DNA of 64,000 nucleotides from Podarcis gaigeae. Lineage: Eukaryota. The position numbers and the translations under genes are program-made. Of this stretch, positions 15,308 through 28,691 are shown piece after piece; position 1 is the first letter of the stretch; the number at the start of each line of letters is the position of its first letter. The notes beneath the pieces are model-generated. The model saw only the letters and a list, made by a program, of their open reading frames with translations. It ran no database searches and was not told where the DNA came from. The DNA lies in the NCBI GenBank assembly GCA_964106915.2, contig OZ066917.1; one strand, written 5' to 3'.

Positions 15308-15441
15308 CCAGGATAGAAAACTTGTGAACCTCCAGAGGTTGTTGGGACTACAACTGCCATTATCACTTTGCCACTGGGTCATACTGGCAGGGACTGATGC
15401 AAGTTCAAAGCACACCACCTCTGGAGGGCCACAGGTTCCCT
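15308..15441. mobile_element. Degenerate hAT-type MITE
   Basis: CCTCCAGAGGTTGTTGGGACTACAACT...CATCTGGAGGG-like hairpin motifs shared with the 22122 element. Similar relics at about 22290, 29745, 48070 and 49255. Confidence 0.6.
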
Positions 15442-15499
15442 ATCATTACACAAGAAAAATTATCCATCAACTTTATAGCATCACGACCCAGCTACTCAC

Positions 15500-15883
15500 C
15501 TAATGCCAACACCTCCACAGTGACAGGCACAGATGTCCTCTCTGCTACCTTGTGCCAGCTACCATTGTGCTGTGGCACCCAGAGAGTTGCTTGGCAGTAG
15601 TAGTAACCGGAATCTTCAGTGCTCACATCACGTACCAATAGGTGGTAAGAACTCCGATCCACATGGCTGAGGCTGATGAGGGTAGAATCACTAACAACAG
15701 AATCACGGTCTGCACTTAGCAAAACCTGAGCTTCTGCCATGGTGCTATCAGGTGATTCACTGAAGTACCACCTGACCTCTGCTTGGAAAATGCCACTTCT
15801 GTCTGTTGTGAAGTTGCAGGTAAGGTCAAGGGAGTCCCCCTCTGTCACAGATACATTGCTTCTGGTGATAAACACACCTAAAG
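15500..15883 (-). CDS. PTGFRN: PTGFRN exon 4, V-type Ig domain 3
   Basis: Translates to ALGVFITRSNVSVTEGDSLDLTCNFTTDR...LSHVDRSSYHLLVRDVSTEDSGYYYC...SWHKVAE. Donor TAG|gtgagt, 384 nt. The acceptor could alternatively be at 15877. Confidence 0.93.
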
Positions 15884-17198
15884 CTTTTGGCAGGAGGGAA
15901 GCAAGACAAAAAAGTGTTATTTTCAACTCTTTAATACAGCAGATAGCCTAACTGTTGGCTTCTACTGCCTGCTTTTTTAATTAGTGGCCTACATATTTAC
16001 AAGCAAAACTCACATATATTATTGCTGAACTATAGAAAAACAGGCAGTGAACTTTTTCCCCCAAGTTTCACTACTTATCTAATTTTATGTTCTGAAGCAA
16101 ATCATTGTGCAATTTCAGTTTTCTTAGAATAAAAAACCAGCTACCTTTGCCTTGTGCAGGGAAATGCAAGGACACAACAAATTTTTCTAATCAAATTCAC
16201 TGTCAATCCAGCTTCACACAATTTACGTCTAGCTATGACATCGTTCCAACAGAAGGTGTTCCAAATGGCTCTACATTTTGCTACGTACAATTAATCCTCC
16301 CGGGGGAGAAAAACACCTCACATGCCTACCTACTCCAACATAACAAGCATTATAACTTCAAGCACAGGGAAGATCAAGGGGGTCTCTCACCATCACAGAG
16401 ATGTTGTTTCTCATAATGAATACACCTAAAGCCAAGACACACTCCCAAAGGAATACAAATCAGATTTTACAAGCTAACTACTATGAAGAACTGAACCACA
16501 TCTGAATGATTGTTGTGGCATTTTCAAATTCTCTGTGTGGTGATTAAAGGATTTCAAGTCCAGTATGAGCATACTTGCAAAAACATATAATTTCATTTTG
16601 CTGCCAAGAAACCAACTTGCTTATTCTTCCTTCTCCAGAATTACCATTGTACACATTTTGCAGCCTGGCATGATCCATCAAAGCACATGCATTGCACACA
16701 GGTATATTTAAACAAAGGAAGGGGAACAGTCATTTAAAGACTACTGTCTAGTAGCTAAGCTATTGGGGGGGGGGGGGAGTTGCGAACTTAAAACAACTGT
16801 AGATTTAAATTCTCCTTTAGCCCTAGGCAATCCCCAAAGCCAGGTAACAAGACCTTTTACACAAATATCCTATACAAACTACTGAAAAAGAAAAGAGTCC
16901 TCTGTTATGAAGCCTAGGTTTTAAATAGATTCCAAACACAACTATGCAGTAGGTATTCAAAGAAAATACAAATATCTAAGTTCTTATTTGCAGTGACTTC
17001 ACAACATATCTAACACATGTACTGAGGAAAGTACACACTGTTAATATATTATATACTGTGCTGAGATACTTAAGGGAGCAGCCACTATGGCTTTACACCA
17101 AATGTTGGTGGCCTGCACATTCTGTCCCACAGCCACAATGGTGTTACAGCATAGATGCTGATACAGGCAACATCATTTCATGAATACCGCATGCTCAC

Positions 17199-17618
17199 CT
17201 GTTGGCTGCACCACAACATTTGCTATATCCACAGCCTTCTCTTGTATCTTCTGCCATGAAGCATCTGCACCTTTAACCCATTCACTCACTCGACACCTAT
17301 AGGCACCTTCATCTGTTGGAAGAGCTTGGGACACAGACAAGCGGTAAATGTCATTGGCCATGGCATCTAAACGCACATCTCCACTGATATAGCGCTCGTT
17401 ATACTCTGAACCAGGCTGGAACTTGCCCTCATGCGTCAAGGAGAGAATTTCTTGCCAGGCAAACCCGTTTCTGAATTCCCAAGACACATGCAGATGTGTG
17501 TGTTCTGAAGAATTTGTGGACGCTGAGCAGCGCAACTGAAATGCATCTCCTTCCGATAAGTTCCAAGTAGATGTGGAGCGGGCTGTTGACCTACCAACGG
17601 TTAAGCCATCCGCAATCA
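17199..17618 (-). CDS. PTGFRN: PTGFRN exon 3, V-type Ig domain 2 (holds the EWI-motif position)
   Basis: Translates to VIADGL...EGDAFQLRC...HTHLHVSWE...DEGAYRCRVSEWVKG...WQKIQEKAVDIANVVVQPT. Acceptor gaatag|, donor CAG|gtgagc, 420 nt, phase 1-1. Confidence 0.95.
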
Positions 17619-18229
17619 CTATTCGGAGAAAAGAAAGTTATCAAGCGTGTGGGTTATAATAAATGGCTTTACATAAAGCAACGATGAAACAGAGTCAAGC
17701 TGTGGTAGATTGTCATGAAAGAGATGACTAATTATGCAGCATAATGAGTACGCTGAGCCAAAACAAATCACTCACATTGGAAAACATGAGCAAAAAAGTG
17801 TTTTCACACACCACACTTTCTCCCTTAACTCAATCAATTATTCAGCTTCAGAAAGACCTCCACCCACAATTACCTCTTCTAGTAAATCTATTAGCAGAGA
17901 AACTTCCCCTTCCAGTATACTTGGTTTAGAAACAAATGTCAGCGAAGAAGGGTGGGGGAGACTGGAATATAACAGGAGCTATTCTGAGCATTTTGCTTTT
18001 TTTATAAATTCAAATGATCCTGTTGAGATAGTCACCAACCCACTGCTTCAATTAAGCAAGCACAGGACAATGCTGTGGTACCAATGGGACATGGGGCACT
18101 GTCCACCTTCAGGTTATACAAAAGTGCATTTGGCTAGATTGCATCTACTCCAGCCATTTCACGTATCGCTTGCAAAATTACACTAAGACCCAATACCAAT
18201 TGTAAATACCCCTCACCCTTTAGAAGTAC

Positions 18230-18607
18230 CTTTGACTTCGACTACAGCGTTGTAATTTCCCTGAACGACAGAATCTGTGCTGGGCGTTGTGCATCGGTAC
18301 ATCCCTTGGTCAGTGGGGCGGATGTTTCCAATCACGAGTTCCACAGAGTTGTTGCTGTTTCGCCTCAATGTGATCTCTTTACCGTCAACCCGATCTTTAT
18401 ATTCCTGAGACGTGAACCAAGGGTCCCAAGTACTCACTACTTGTACAAATCTAGAGTCCGGAGCAGAGATTCTAGAGAACTCCCAGTCAAAGTTCTGCTC
18501 GCTGGGTCCTTCATATTGACTAACGTTGCATGGAATCACCACCTCTGTGCTCTCAACTCGCACTAGAGGACCTGCAGGCACCTTCACAATACGCCCGTGG
18601 CAGGAAG
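18230..18607 (-). CDS. PTGFRN: PTGFRN exon 2, V-type Ig domain 1
   Basis: Translates to ASCHGRIVKVPAGPLVRVESTEVVIPCNVSQYEGPSEQNFDWEF...DQGMYRCTTPSTDSVVQGNYNAVVEVK, recognisable as the EWI-F N-terminal domain. Acceptor ccccccctag|, donor AAG|gtactt, 378 nt, phase 1-1. Confidence 0.95.
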
Positions 18608-18645
18608 CTAGGGGGGGAAACAAAGGATTGTAAGTTAAAATTGCA

Positions 18646-18702
18646 AGAGAGAGAGAGAGAGAGTGTGTGTGTAATACACACACACACACACACACACACA
18701 CA
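18646..18702. repeat. Compound (GA)n(GT)n..(AC)n microsatellite near the exon 2 acceptor
   Basis: Directly visible in the sequence. Confidence 0.95.
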
Positions 18703-19964
18703 ACACATATACATATGCATAAAGGGAGCCATGGGGAGGCAGGAAAGTAAAAAGGACACTATTGTTTGCCGTTTAATTGATGGTATATTGGAATGCTTAA
18801 GGTGAAAATGTTTGTCAGTGAATTAGGAGAGTGCGCAGTGGGTTGAAATGGCGGAAGGCAAGATCAAATTCTTGCTTAGTTGTGAAATGCAATGGGTGGC
18901 CTTTGGGACATTGCTCCTCTTCACTACATCCATATTCGACTTGTCATTGGATGCCATCTGGGATTGTGAATACTGTCAGCCACAATTTAAGAATTCTTGT
19001 TCTTTCCACAAACATGATTTCCTTGATCCTCCCTTTCATCTGCACTATGTACAGCTCCACTTTAGAAGAGTTAACAAAACTGAGTCAAGAATTTAAAAGA
19101 GTCCAATTACCACCTCATCTAGTTTGCAGATGAAATGGTGTGTCTTGTTTCAGAAACAGAAGTCATTTGAAATGAGCTGCCTGGCCATGGCTGAAAAGAG
19201 AGTCACCAATTCTGGTGATATTCTGGTGTCTAGATATTCTGAAGGTTTTAACCATTTTGGTTAAAGAGGCATGCCACCAAGGGTTTGTTTGCTTTGCAGC
19301 ATTTTAATGTTTTAGACATCTCTCATCAGTTAATGCTATTAACATTTTCATTGCTGTGATAAGTTGGGGACGTAAGTGATTATTTAATGTTAACAGAAGA
19401 GGAAGTTCAAAACTGCAACTTTGAATCAAATTACAAAGTATGCCTTGTGCTTTTCTTCTATAAATAGCAATCAAAGAATTTCTCCATAGTAAAAACATCC
19501 TGGAATCCTATAGACACAAAAGTATCATCTATCGCATTTCAGCAGTGTTGCAATTTGAATGATTTCACAATGCTTGTGTTTTTGATGCATGATCATGTAA
19601 ATATATATGAAAGACAAAAAGCATGGAGTGGGAGAGAGGGAGAGATATCTGCCCCCTACAGCCCTTGAGCTTTCATTGGAAGAATGACACCCACATTTTG
19701 GGGGTTCAAATATTTCAAATGGAAAACACAAAAGAAATGCAACCCTTATCTCCCATCTCAGTGTTCACTGGTGTCAAGCATCTAGAGCTGCTGCTGGAGA
19801 GACAGGGAGCAAGACGACATACAGGGCACTAAGCATACCCTACATAATCCATTGTCTGTAGCCATGCCCCATGGCAGAACTGCATCTGTTTCTGACTGAC
19901 AAAGACTCACAAGTTAGGGATTTACATAATGACAAGACCTGACTAATAACTCAGGAACAACCTA

Positions 19965-20205
19965 CAATGGTACCTCGAGTTACAAACACCTCAGGTTACA
20001 AACGCTTCAGGTTACAAACTCTGCTAACCTGGAAGAGTTACCTCGAGTTGAGAACTTTGCCCCAGGATGAGAATGGAAATCGTGTGCCGGCGGCGCAGTG
20101 GCAGCAAGAGGCCCCATTAGTGAAAGCACGCCTCTAGTTAAGAACAGTTTCAGGTTAAGAACAGACCTCCAGAACAAATTAAGTTCGTAACTAGAGGGAC
20201 CACTG
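19965..20205. mobile_element. Tc1/mariner-type MITE, family A, copy 2
   Basis: Same internal sequence and TA-flanked TIRs. Confidence 0.9.
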
Positions 20206-22121
20206 TATTACAGGACAGCCCTAGAAGAGAGTGACAGAGCCATTTGTTGTCCATCCAAATCACGCCAGTGTATCAACAGCTTATCCTGGGTAATTATATC
20301 TTCTTCACCCAGGCCTTTGGTGGTAGGGAAGCATTTTCTTAGAGACAGCCCCCACCCCACCCTAAAACAGCTGCTTACCAGCTACAATAGACACAAATAT
20401 AGGGATCAGACCCTGGAGCAAGGACAGATATGTCCACATATCTACTCAGGCAATACTATTACTGGACCTAATAATGTCAGCTATGACATGATCTTTCACA
20501 TACAAGATGTATACAGTGTGAAAAATGCTAAGCTGCTGTTCTAAGAATGAAACAGTGTAATAATTCTCTAGTTGTAAATTAACACTGTATAGTGGCCAGT
20601 TCTGAGGCCCAGTTTAGGAAGTATATGAAGTAGCATCAACAGGAAACTCAATTTAAAATCAATGATAATTAGCCTTATATCTTACTGATTTAAATCACTT
20701 TGGTCTGAATCAATTCACCCTGCATAGAAGAACACTGAGCCTCATTAAATACGTTAGCTGCTCCTCACAAGTCCTAAGGGTTTCAGTCAGCCATGTGGAA
20801 AGCCAAAACCTCTTCTGCCTTGCAGTGGGCTTGTTTTGAAGCCCAAAAATCTCCAAGAGCTACAAATGGGCTTTGGTAGGATCTCTCATTTCCTAAGAAT
20901 GCTAAGCAAGCACTGCTTTTATTTGCAGCTCAAGACTTTCCATAAAAGGAATAACCATTTCAGCTGCAGAGATGCTTCAATTTCAGCCTCCAAACAAAAT
21001 CACTTTAAGGATGTCTAATCCCACACTGTCATGTGCGTGCTGGGTTTCTTGCAGGACTGTCACAGTAGCACCCCAAAATGCTGCAACAGCTCAACAGCAA
21101 TTCTCAATACCACAACAGCCTTAAACATAGACACAGTTTCCCTAGACAATTAGGGCTGGGGAAAGCCGTAGGATAAAGGTGTGGAAACCAGTATTACATC
21201 AGCTTTCTTCTCCCAGGAAAACAAGCAGGCAGCTGAAGAGGAAGCGTTTCAGCAGCCTTCAAGGAAGGCAGGGTGGGTCTGGGAAGGCCCATGGCAGCAC
21301 ATGAATGGACAAGTAGCAACTACTGTCACCACCTAGATTGGACCGAATTAACTTTACTCTCCCTGATTACTTCACAATATTGTGGTGAGCACATGAGTCC
21401 TTTATTCCCTGTCTCCTGTTTCCTTTTCTTTCCCTTCTCCTTGAGTGTGTGGTTTCCGTGTCTGTGCTTTCTTTGAGCGTGTGGCTCCTTTGGCTGTTTT
21501 ATTGGTGGCAGTTAGCTGAGAGGCAGCAGCATAAACCGGCTCCTGACTCCTCAGCACTTCCATTGAGCAGCCGTGATTCTGGCCCACTCCCTGGTACTTC
21601 CAACAGTAGATCTGACTATGCAGTTACCTATCCCCGCCCTGCCAGCTCAGTCTCACAGCAAGCTCAGCAGCGGACAGCGATCTTTCGTTTGCCCCCAACA
21701 TGCTGCCATGCCAAGCGGCAGCTGTCAACAACTCTAGCCATCTTGTAGCCTTGTCACCGACCAGCAGGCCTTTCCAGCACCCTCTCTTTCTCTCGCCTTG
21801 TCCTACCCACCCCTCCCTCTCAGACAACTGCAGCAGGCCATTTTGGGCCAGACCTTAGGAGCTGCCACCACTGCTACTGCCCAGCTTCCCTCCCCCTCAC
21901 TCCTTTCCCCTTATCCCCAAGATGGGCCAGGTTGGGCAGGGAGAGATGAAAGAATGGGGGAGAGAAGGAGGTCCCCACGGGAGGTCTACCCTGTTCAGTC
22001 CCACTTCCTGTATTCTTAAAAAAAACCAACCTACAATTCCCAGGAGACTGGGGGGGGGGGGATGCCATTTCCTTATTTGCCTCAGGTGAGAAAATGTATT
22101 TGGATGGCCCTGACTCTAAGA

Positions 22122-22256
22122 CAGGCATCCCCAACCTGCGGCCCTCCAGATGTTTTGGCCTACAACTCCCATGATCCCTAGCTAACAGGACCAGTGGTCA
22201 GGGACAATGGGAATTGTAGTACAAAACATCTGGAGGGCCGAAGGTTGGGGTGCCTG
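22122..22256. mobile_element. hAT-type palindromic MITE
   Basis: Long TIRs CAGGCATCCCCAACCT...AGGTTGGGGTGCCTG and a perfect 8-bp TSD CTCTAAGA (22114-22121, 22257-22264). Confidence 0.9.
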
Positions 22257-22629
22257 CTCTAAGAGAACTTCCTGGGCCAGAGATGGGATGGCCCTCCAGG
22301 TGTCTATGGACCACATCCCTGGCTACTGGTCATGGAGTCTAAGAACAACTGAGAACAGCAGGTTCCCCATCCATGAGTTAAGCCCTGCTCAGTCACCAAG
22401 GTCTTCTTAAGCTCTGGCATGTTTCTATATATTTTTCATTGTTCCCTTCATTCCTGATTTGCTCTTCAACCCAGACTCCTGTTTCCTTCCCATGACTGCT
22501 GGTTCCCTGTACCCAGCTCACATCAGACTGCTGAACCCAGGCCCTGAACCAAGGTTCTTTCGTTTACCCGGTATCCTTATAGATTGAAATGCAAGAGACT
22601 GAACTTGGAAGCTTCTACATAGAAAATTA

Positions 22630-23030
22630 TGAATTTTCTTCTACATATATAAAATTACGAATGGTGTGTTGCCATCCAGTGAAACTGAATGGTGAGAGAT
22701 TCAGGACAGACCAAACAAATACTTCACAAAGTACACAGTTAGAATTATGGGATTTGCTTCCACAAGATGTAACAATGGTGATCAACATCGATGGCTTTAA
22801 AAGGGGAGGAGACAGATTCATGGGCAACGAAGACTATCAATGGACTGTAGTTATGATGGCTGTATATCATCTCCAGTATCCTGAAAGCCAGCTGCTATGA
22901 GAAATGTGTGGTAGGGGTCTATTGTATTCATGTGCTGCTTGTGGGTTTCCCTTGGCCAATGTGGGAACATACTGCTGAACTAGAAAGGACTTTTGTCTGG
23001 TCCAGCAGAGTTCATCTCGTGTTATTATTA
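22630..23030 (+). mobile_element. Older CR1 3' fragment
   Basis: HPVKLNGERFRTDQ-KYF-TQ...LWDLLPQDV...GFKRG-DRFM is the C-terminus of CR1 ORF2, followed by a typical UTR. Confidence 0.75.
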
Positions 23031-26019
23031 AAGCATATGTTTTTACCAGTGAGCTATGGCCCCTTGCTGCCAATAATTATTTGACAGTGACAATAATTAT
23101 TTCTCTCCATTCTATGAAGCATATGCTGCACAATCCATTCCTGTCGATAATGGCCTCTGTTTCACTGAACTGATTATTCCAGTGTTACCTCTGACAACTA
23201 TGATTCAAGTCACATATGATCAGGATCCCATTCTGCAGGCCATCAGGAACATTAGCCAATATTAAAAGCAGGCACGCAACCCATGAGAGTTTTCTGTAAC
23301 AGCCCAGCCAACCAATAAAACAGATTATTACATCATCTTCACCACAGCATTTCTTGTAATGCACTTTCCTCAGGGCATATCTAGCCAGACACAGAAATAC
23401 ATTTTGCAAGGACATTTATTTCTACTGTACATCTACATAATGCAGCAGGGTTAATGCTGTGGGAACCAGAGATAACTTCACAGTTCATATGCCATAATAT
23501 TTTTAACCTTGGTGATGTAATAATCCCAAGTACTTTGCATGTGATTAAATAGAAATCTAATGATACAAACTGCTAAAAGGGGAACATTTTAACTTTGAAA
23601 AAAGTAGAAGGGGTACAAATAAGGTAGGAGATACAGGGTTTTGGAGGATTTGCTGAGTACCACACATCAATAATTTTAGTTTCCAGTTTGAGCCACACAA
23701 GCATCTCAAAGAACTATAGCATTAAACTATAGCATTAAAACAACTATAGGGAAGCTGACAGGAAAGTCCAGATTTTACCTATCAGCCACCCTTTAGCTGA
23801 CACTGTCCTCATAAAACCCGTTCAGTCAAGTGTGTTCTCACTAGTAAAGAATCAAGCTGCTTGCCGACAGCTTCCACCAAATCAACATTTAGTGCAGAGA
23901 TGTTCAATGTTGAGGCTAAGGAGAAAGATTCACACACAAAAATACACACACACCCTACCACAATCAGGCACAATCCAAATATTCTGGGGTTGACAATAGT
24001 TTTTTTAACAAAAACAATCAAGTGTTTGATTGAACACATAGTGTTCCGTGGTTCTCACAGAAGATGCTCACATTTCTAACAAACAGGAAGTTGCATTTTT
24101 CGTTGGGCTGTAGATTGTAGTTGCTCATCCCCAAAACAGCAACATTCCAAAATGGAAACATCAAAGGAATTATTTCTAACAAGGCCTGCATATTTATACA
24201 AGGATTAGCAGCTTCTGTTCAACCTACCATCCTTGCAAAGGTCAGTAAGGCTCTCTTCTATGTCAACTAAAGCACTGAATCTTGAAGCACTTGGTGAGGA
24301 GGGGGAAGCAAAAGGTTATTCTGCCTTCAAAAGGAAGAGAGGAGGAAAAGAACGCTGCTTATAAGAATTTTCTGAAGGGTTTTAAGAAAATTGAATCTGG
24401 CATAAGAAAAGGAATTAGCTGCTGTCTATAAATGATTCAAACCTTCAGGGTTCTGTCTGATTTAACTCAGATTTATCCACAGTACTAACAAAACAACTTC
24501 AGGTATATTACACAGCCAATATACTATGTTGCAGAGTCTGACTAAGTCAAAGACAACATCCCCACCCCGCTTCCTTTTCCCTCCTGTCACCTATGCCCTC
24601 CCTTAAAAGATAAAACACACCCCGGAACAAAATGTGAACCATTATTGCAAAATTTGTTGAACCTGAATACCAATGCCCCAATACGTAAAGCACACACATT
24701 AATTATAAAAGCTACTTCTTCAGAATAAGGGTTCAATTAAAGTGATAGTGGTACATACACTGGCACAAACACAATTTTATAAATAAGCATCCAGTATGTT
24801 TTAAAAGCATATTATACTATAACATGAAAAATAAAATACGAAGTGATCCCCCCCCCCCCGCCATGACCCACTTAATGAGCCTGAGGGCCACACATATTGC
24901 CTTCCCTTGCATTAGTGATTTTTATCCTTCCCAACTCTGGATATTTTAAAGCAGCAGCACATTCTAAGGTTTGCATAAAAATCTCCATACAGGTTATGAG
25001 GTGTTCATTTTTCTGTTGCTGAGTGAGCTCTGTTCCCCTCAATTGTATTCCCTCAAAAGCACACATATACTGCCTTCAGATTAAAAACTATCCTACTGTA
25101 TCTACCTCCCCCGTCACCGAGCCAAGTGGACTATCCACTTTTGTGGTTTTCCCCCAAATGCATTGTAGGTTCATCTGCTCAAGCGTTCGTTCAGCAGGGC
25201 TTTGGGGTTTTTTTAAGCCCCCTTTGAACCTTTTTTAAACCCAGGGCCTGTAAAGGGGAGAGATGTTTTCTGCCGCTTGTGTGACATGGGAGGCAAATTC
25301 TGTATGCGGGGAGGTTGACTATAATTATACAAGGTGATGTAGGAGCTCCTCAAGTTCACCCTCTTTTTATGAAAAGCAGAGGCAGTGGCAGAAATGCAAT
25401 CAACAGCTGCATTCTACCCCCAAGAATGTCTGATTAGGAACAATGCTATATCAAAGGGGCATTGTTGGGGGGAAATGATGGTTGCCCCCATGGGCTAACT
25501 ACCTCCCAATAATGCCAGTATTCAGCAGTGGCATTCAGACACAGACACACACACATACACACACACACTTTCTGAGTGAGTCTAGGCCAAATACTCAGCC
25601 CAACTCTTATTAAAAACTGCTTTGAGGCATCTCCATGACTGATGCCAAGGGTTGGCTAATCAGTGCTTTGCAAATCCTGCTCCTGCTGAAAGCAAGAACA
25701 GTCTGCAATGGGGGGTGGGGGGAAGGGTGCATATATGAGCAAGATGCATCAAGTATCGTTCCAAAGCAGGCTGACGGCTAAAGTTATATACATCTGTATA
25801 CACCTTAAAATGCATGCACTCACCCGGCCACTCCGGGTTGTATGGCTACTAACCAAGAATCTGAACACAATGCATTTTGTATTTAAATAACAACCCTCCA
25901 TTTCATTTTGTTATAGCATGTTTTCGTAATAGCGTCCTCTGTACCAATTATCTAGAGTACATTGCTTTCTTGTGCTCATAATTTTTTAGCCATGCTATCT
26001 ATCCTTTAGGTCATTTGCA

Positions 26020-26272
26020 AATATGATAAAAGCCAATCTCTTATGCTCTTCCATCATGGTGAAAATAAATTCAGAAAAAACTTTCTGACAGTAAGAGCTG
26101 TTCGGCAGTGGAACAGACTTCCACGAGAGGTGGTAGACTCTCCTTCCTTGGAGGTTTTTAAACAGAGGTTGGATGGCCATCTGCCATGGGTGCTTTAGCT
26201 GAGATTCCTACATTGAAGGTTGGACTAGATAACCCTTGGATCCTTTCCAACTCTGAGATTCTATGATTCTAT
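26020..26272 (+). mobile_element. CR1 LINE 3' end
   Basis: ...AACTTTCTGACAGTAAGAGCTGTT...GGTTGGACTAGAT...TTCCAACTCT followed by an ATTCTATG tail. Homologous to 50400-50559. Confidence 0.88.
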
Positions 26273-27971
26273 ATGAAAGGCACTAAGGCTACAACTGGCT
26301 TCTTTGGGGTCAAATGAAAAATACCTTCAGTAGGATCCTATATATGTTTATTCAGGTGCAAGTTTCATTTAACCCTACTCCCACATAGGATAGCAGTCTT
26401 AAATTACTTTTCTCAGTAATTTTCAATTTCACCCCACTAACCGTTTCCAGCAATTCATTTAGATACTCCCCAAAAATTTGTTTTCCATGTCCTTCTGATA
26501 TGTCACAATGCACAGTTTTCTCTATACTTCTGTGCTTGACTTGGTACTAGATGATTATTTAGGGTACTTGTTTTGTTATCTGTCACAATGCATTTCTTAA
26601 CAACACCAGAGCAGGTGGCTCCTTCTTCAGTAAGTTGTGATCAAAAATTGCACTGCCACGAATATCCGAAAACACACAATTTAGATGTGCACTTGTACGC
26701 ATAGTGCTAACATGTGCACATGGAGGAAACAGTGTCAAAAGCACATGCAAAGCGATGTGATAAACTCAAATGTAATTCATCAGCTCTTCTGTGGCATTGC
26801 CATCCTGTTTCTAAACTTGTTAAGAACTGACCTCAGCAATTATATCCCACCAACCTTCCCCACAAACAAAAGAAGAAGAAAAAGCTTATGAACACTACTA
26901 TTTAGAGTTATAAAACTGCTGAATATAGTGGGGTTATCCCTACGGTACCATTTAGGAAGAGAATCTATCCAATAACAACCTTTACTATATACTGTGCTTG
27001 CAGTCGGACAAAAGCATGTAGAATGGTTGGAAGTCAGAACAGAATTTCAGAGAGTCAAAATTCTACTAGCCATTTGAAATACAATTGCATAAACCTGCTT
27101 TAATGAAGTATGCCTTGCCCTAACCCCATATATTCCTTCCACTTTGACCTTTAGATTTTTAATCCCTTCTTTTTGGCAGACCATTACAGCATATGGCACA
27201 GTGTCTATCCTTAAAAAGGGTCATACTCTTTCCTTGCAATGGTGTTCAGATTGCCTTGTACAGCACAGAAATGTGCCATCTTACTAGGCGCTGTGCAGCA
27301 AAAGCAGTACAAGCTCCGTTAGAAGAGCCCAAACTGGAATCTTTATGGCTAAGCTATAATCAGCCTAGAAGTGGTTAAATGCCATGCTCCAAACGTCACT
27401 TGCATACAATACAGTTTTGCTGCAGTGTTCAAGCAGGAGTTTATGTCCCAGAAGATCTAAAGAATTACTATCCCATGGTATTTGGGAAAGGTGAACAAGA
27501 GAAGCCATCTGAGATATGCATGCATTGCTCGTCCCTTGTCGACTGACTTTTCTTTTAATGGATAATGCAAAGTGCTTATCAAAGGAATTAGCCTGGGTAT
27601 AATTGCTTAAAACCTATTATCTCCATCAGGCTGAAATAAAGCATATTGCATCTTAAGCAAAGCCTCAGAAATGTGATCAGATGCTAATAGTGCTAGATTC
27701 TGCTAATCCAAGTACAACTTCAATTAAGAAAAAACAGATTCCCCACTCTACCCATCCCTAATCATGTTCCACCACCAGGATAAGTTTTGGCTACTCAAAC
27801 ATGTTCAAAGCCCTTGCGAAGAGTGTGCTTTTCTCAGCATCCATCCTTGCAATATGGAGATAATTACCAGGGGACTTTACAAGACTGTTGCATGGCTTGC
27901 CTACATAATGGGTGATGTTTGCTTGTGGCATCCCACTTGCACAAATGCGACTTTCCCCTCATATCCCCCTA

Positions 27972-28314
27972 GTAAAGGTAAAGGGACCCTTGACCATTAG
28001 GTCCAGTCATGGACGACTCTGGGGTTGCGGCGCTCATCTCGCTTTACTGGCCGAGGGAGCCGGCGTACAGCTTCCGGGTCATGTGGCCAGCATGACTAAG
28101 CCGCTTTTGGCAAACCAGAGCAGCACACGGAAACGCCGTTTACCTTCCTGCTGGAGTGGTACCTATTTATCTACTTGCACTTTGACGTGCTTTCGAACTG
28201 CTAGGTTGGCAGGAGCAGGGACCGAGCAACAGGAGCTCACCCCGTTCGAACCCCCGACCTTCTGATCGACAAGCTCTAGGCTCTGTGGTTTAGACCACAG
28301 CACCACCCGCGTCC
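27972..28314 (-). mobile_element. Sauria (Squam1-type) SINE, copy 1
   Basis: tRNA-like head GGGACGCGGGTGGTGCTGTGG on the minus strand and an (ACCTTT)n tail. Has a small deletion next to the B box. Confidence 0.9.
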
Positions 28315-28327
28315 CCATGCCCCCCTA

Positions 28328-28691
28328 AGGTAAAGGTAAAGGTACCCCTGCCCGTACGGGCCAGTCTTGACAGACTCTGGGGTTGTGCGCCCATCTCACT
28401 CAAGAGGCCAGGGGCCAGCGCTGTCCGGAGACACTTCCGGGTCACGTGGCCAGCGTGACATCGCTGCTCTGGCGAGCCAGAGCTGCACACGGAAACGCCG
28501 TTTACCTTCCCGCTGGTAAGCGGTCCCTATTTATCTACTTGCACCCGGAGGTGCTTTCGAACTGCTAGGTTGGCAGGCGCTGGGACCGAGCAGCGGGAGC
28601 GCACCCCGCCGCAGGGATTCGAACCGCCGACCTTTCGATCGGCAAGTCCTAGGTGCTGAGGCTTTAACCCACAGCGCCACCTGCGTCCCGT
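28328..28691 (-). mobile_element. Sauria SINE, copy 2 (different, CpG-rich subfamily)
   Basis: Intact A box TGGCGCTGTGG and B box GGTTCGAATCC, (ACCTTT)n tail, and a 13-bp TSD CCATGCCCCCCTA at 28315-28327 and 28692-28704. Confidence 0.9.
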
